A program made the translations under genes and the position numbers. The notes below the pieces were generated by a model that was given only the letters and a program-made list of their open reading frames with translations, made no database searches and was not told the origin of the DNA. Positions 1 to 1,676 of a DNA stretch of 1,676 nucleotides are shown in pieces (within the stretch, counting starts at the first letter, position 1; each line of letters opens with the position of its first letter). Origin of the DNA: Naegleria gruberi (Eukaryota); the NCBI GenBank assembly GCA_000004985.1, contig GG739350.1, one strand, 5' to 3'.

Positions 1-111
1 ATTTGCCAATTCAGTCTGTCTATCATGCGAAACGTAAGACATCACAGGTCATTCCTCTTCGTGTCGATTTGATGGATGAAAGACATTGTGACAATTTGTC
101 TAGCAATGGTT

Positions 112-177
112 CTGATTGTGAATATTCGCAATAAACATTTATTTTACAGATATATAATTAATGAGCTGATTGTGAAT
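112..177 (+). repeat. 12-bp direct repeat ctgattgtgaat at 112-123 and 166-177 (54-bp spacing), flanking a TATATAA element at 150-156.
   Basis: Exact 12-mer seen twice. Expected chance occurrence in a 1.7-kb AT-rich window is low but not negligible, roughly 0.1-0.3. Confidence 0.3.
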
Positions 178-570
178 TACATTCTATCTCAATCAATTGA
201 AAAGATTTAGAAATAATAAATTGAATAGAGTGAGAATATATTACTGACAAGCTAACTTCTTCTAACGAGTTTCTAATCTCTTATTCATTGAATTTAATAG
301 TAAAGTATTACAAATATTAAAAGTAGAAGTTTCATAATTTTCTAAAATATCGGATATCCATGATTTTCACAAATTATACATTTAATATATAATAAACAAT
401 ATGAATTGTTGTTTTATTGTTGTTTGATTTGTAATTAGGCCATGAATCAACTCTGGTAGTATCAAATATCGGAACTTGGTAAATTGACAACATGATGAAA
501 ATCTGATAATAAATATGATGTTTATTATCTATTTAAATAGTAGTACTAAAAGACATGATTCAAGTTGGTG

Positions 571-601
571 AAGTACATGTTGAGTTATGGTCCATGTACT
601 T
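571..601 (+). repeat. Perfect inverted repeat / hairpin. Stem is aagtacatg (571-579) and catgtactt (593-601) with a 13-nt loop, followed by ttt. The arm motif acatgtac recurs as a third, direct copy at 613-620.
   Basis: The reverse complement of 593-601 equals 571-579 exactly. The stem can extend by a570:t602 and a g569:t603 wobble. The T-run is partly consumed by the stem and the stem is only about 33% GC, so as an intrinsic terminator it would be weak. Confidence 0.45.
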
Positions 602-840
602 TTTCAAAATTAACATGTACCTATCCCTATCATAACTTGTCCAAAATTGATCAGAGAAAGTTCTCCTACCTACTATTGACCATTCCGAACAATGATACAT
701 TGACAGTTTTCCAACTTGTCCAGTAGATTCAGCAGTGATAGTGATGATGAATTTAGTGACATTTCACCAAAGTTACAGTACTAAAAATTGATTTCCACAA
801 ATAATATTATTATTTTGATGGAAAACAATACGGTTACGCA

Positions 841-900
841 ATGAAGTGCAAGCAATTCTACAATGAAATGCAAGCAATTATTTTTTGAACTGCAACGAAT
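841..900. repeat. Degenerate tandem direct repeat: two 22-bp units (841-862 atgaagtgcaagcaattctaca; 863-884 atgaaatgcaagcaattatttt) plus a partial third copy (886-900 tgaactgcaacgaat). Consensus is roughly ATGAARTGCAASSAAT.
   Basis: Read directly from the sequence. Units 1 and 2 match at 16 of their first 17 positions. The third copy matches 12 of 15. A further weak echo, aatgaattgaaag, lies at 906-918. Confidence 0.6.
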
Positions 901-990
901 AATTTAATGAATTGAAAGTTTCTTGAACCACAATTCTTAAAATAGATCAAAGAGAAGTCACACTGTAAGATCAGCTTGATAATGAATTTG

Positions 991-1001
991 TTTATTATAT
1001 A
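991..1001 (-). promoter_or_regulatory. Putative 3'-end processing / polyadenylation signal for the minus-strand gene. The minus strand reads TATATAATAAA (a UAUAUA-type element fused to AAUAAA), about 45-55 nt downstream of the TGA stop.
   Basis: Plus strand 991-1001 is tttattatata, whose reverse complement is TATATAATAAA. The distance from the stop at 1046 is typical for a short eukaryotic 3' UTR. Only meaningful if the source is eukaryotic. AT-rich DNA produces such hexamers frequently by chance. Confidence 0.3.
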
Positions 1002-1045
1002 AGATATTTTGTATTGTTATTAAGATGATTGATCACTCTTCATGT

Positions 1046-1676
1046 TCATTGAATTTTCTTTCCGAAAATTGAATCCTCCCATGACTCATTAAATAATTCA
1101 TCTAATTCTTCGTCATAATCGCCAAGCTCAATTTTAGAGCTCTTCTTGGGTTCAGATTGAAAACCTTCTGATTCCGAAAGTGGGCTTTGTGGTTCAAATT
1201 CTACTACATGTAAATGTTTCAATCTAGCAACAAGTATAGCTCTGTAATTTGAAATAGAAAATGGTTTGGTCATAATATCGACGGCATCAGATAGTGAAAA
1301 TCCTGCTGAAAGAAAATCCATTAGTAATACACAATAATCACCACAATGATTTCCATCCACTTGAATTTTTTTTTGTAATGTTTTTCGAACAGTCTTTGGT
1401 TTTACAATAAATGATGGCAACATTTCAAATAATTCACTAGTCTCTGATTCTATCACTGAAAAATCCTTAGCGAAAGAATCAAAAAGAAACCAATCAGTGG
1501 ATTGACAATCATAGATTAGTAAGTACCATTGTAAATATTGTGAGCTGATTTTGGAAAAACAAATTCCAAATATATCAAAAGTATTTCCAGGTAAGAATAC
1601 AGTGTCATCTTTGATAGTCTCCAATGCCTCAGTAGATAAAGTGATTGAACAAGCAATTGTTTCTGTTGAAAGAACG
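1046..1676 (-). CDS. Ulp1/SENP-like (clan CE, peptidase family C48) cysteine peptidase catalytic domain protein. Partial: the ORF continues past the window edge at 1676, so the N-terminus is missing. Stop codon is TGA (plus 1046-1048).
   Basis: A six-frame ORF of at least 210 codons with no stop in roughly 70% AT DNA is very unlikely by chance, since stops would occur at about 0.08 per codon. The in-frame codons from 1625 to 1675 translate as ...VLSTETIACSITLSTEA with no stop, and the 'start' at 1622-1624 reads TTG, so the true start is outside the window. Motifs read directly from the translation: LQWYLLIYD (track residues 31-39) aligns with the Ulp1/SENP HW-x-L-x-[IV]-[IV]-D block; FLFDSF (D49) aligns with the [YF]-x-D-S-[LM] catalytic Asp motif exactly 17 residues after the HW position; IQVDGNHCGDYC (Q88, C94) aligns with the P-Q-Q-x-N-G-x-D-C-G-x-[FY] oxyanion-Gln / nucleophile-Cys block with the canonical 6-residue Q-to-C spacing; ISNYRAILVARL resembles the C-terminal helix RMRRFIAHLIL of yeast Ulp1. 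The Trp codons (W33, W45, W182) are all TGG. Confidence 0.75.
   Translation of the reverse strand, partial: VLSTETIACSITLSTEALETIKDDTVFLPGNTFDIFGICFSKISSQYLQWYLLIYDCQSTDWFLFDSFAKDFSVIESETSELFEMLPSFIVKPKTVRKTLQKKIQVDGNHCGDYCVLLMDFLSAGFSLSDAVDIMTKPFSISNYRAILVARLKHLHVVEFEPQSPLSESEGFQSEPKKSSKIELGDYDEELDELFNESWEDSIFGKKIQ

Noticed and set aside
150-169. TATATAA followed by an ATG (161-163), as a candidate gene start
   Set aside because: ATG AGC TGA terminates after two codons.
352-359. 8-bp palindrome GGATATCC (contains an EcoRV site) as a regulatory site
   Set aside because: It is an isolated short palindrome without flanking symmetry or recurrence. It cannot be distinguished from chance.
571-605. 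Hairpin called as a Rho-independent terminator
   Set aside because: The stem is AT-rich, the U-tract is only 3-4 nt and partly within the stem, no plus-strand gene ends upstream, and the source is probably not bacterial.
841-900. Tandem repeat considered as a CRISPR array
   Set aside because: Only 2-3 degenerate units abut each other directly with no unique spacers of 25-40 bp, and there is no repeat palindromy.
1150-1168. tRNA T-arm-like string gggttcagattgaaaacc
   Set aside because: The flanks do not pair into a T-stem (GGGTT versus AACCT has a mismatch), there is no acceptor or D-arm context, and it lies inside the well-supported CDS.
163-1551. Shared 10-mer tgagctgatt (163-172 and 1542-1551), and aaatatcgga (345-354 and 464-473), considered as terminal or dispersed repeats
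   Set aside because: A single exact 10-mer match within 1.7 kb of AT-rich DNA is expected by chance at roughly 1 per window. The matches are in the same orientation and do not extend.
1588-1596. Canonical splice-donor-like cag|gtaaga on the plus strand
   Set aside because: It is on the wrong strand relative to the only supported gene, and lies inside that gene's continuous coding frame.
1622-1624. Start codon 'M' assigned by the ORF track
   Set aside because: Plus 1622-1624 is caa, so the minus-strand codon is TTG, not ATG. The frame stays open through 1625-1675 (...VLSTETIACSITLSTEA) to the window edge. The first in-frame ATG is far downstream (track residue 68), after the catalytic-site motifs begin. 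The true start lies outside the window.
1046-1676. Alternative genetic code, such as Mycoplasma/Spiroplasma TGA=Trp or ciliate TAA/TAG=Gln, to explain the ORF-free flank
   Set aside because: All three visible Trp codons in the CDS are TGG and the gene terminates at TGA, which argues against a TGA=Trp code. A ciliate code cannot be excluded from this window, but nothing requires it.

Overview
The window holds one real gene and about 1 kb of AT-rich sequence with almost no ORFs. The gene is on the minus strand (1046..1676) and is open at the right-hand window edge, so its N-terminus and promoter lie outside the window. The 'M' the ORF track places at 1622-1624 is a TTG codon, not a true start. 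The encoded protein carries the core motifs of a Ulp1/SENP-type deSUMOylase-like cysteine peptidase (clan CE, family C48). These are the W-x-L-x-I-x-D block, the aromatic-x-D-S Asp motif, and the Q-x-x-G-x-x-C-G-x-Y Gln/Cys block, all with canonical spacing. The precisely aligned catalytic His is replaced by Gln (LQWYLL instead of HWxL). An acidic, Ser-rich C-terminal tail follows the domain. Downstream of the TGA stop, the minus strand reads TATATAATAAA about 50 nt into the 3' flank, which looks like a eukaryotic polyadenylation signal. The rest of the window (1..1045) is compositionally patchy, from about 22% to 42% GC. It contains a degenerate tandem repeat (841..900), a perfect 9-bp-stem hairpin (571..601) whose arm motif recurs a third time, a short open frame running off the left edge (3..134), and a short Ser/Asp-rich frame (704..784). 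The overall look is an AT-rich eukaryote (a yeast or protist, or a virus or transposon of one) rather than a prokaryote. I see no CRISPR array, tRNA or rRNA, bacterial operon structure or recognisable defence-system components. The most unusual item is the apparently His-less, pseudo-enzyme-like Ulp1 domain.
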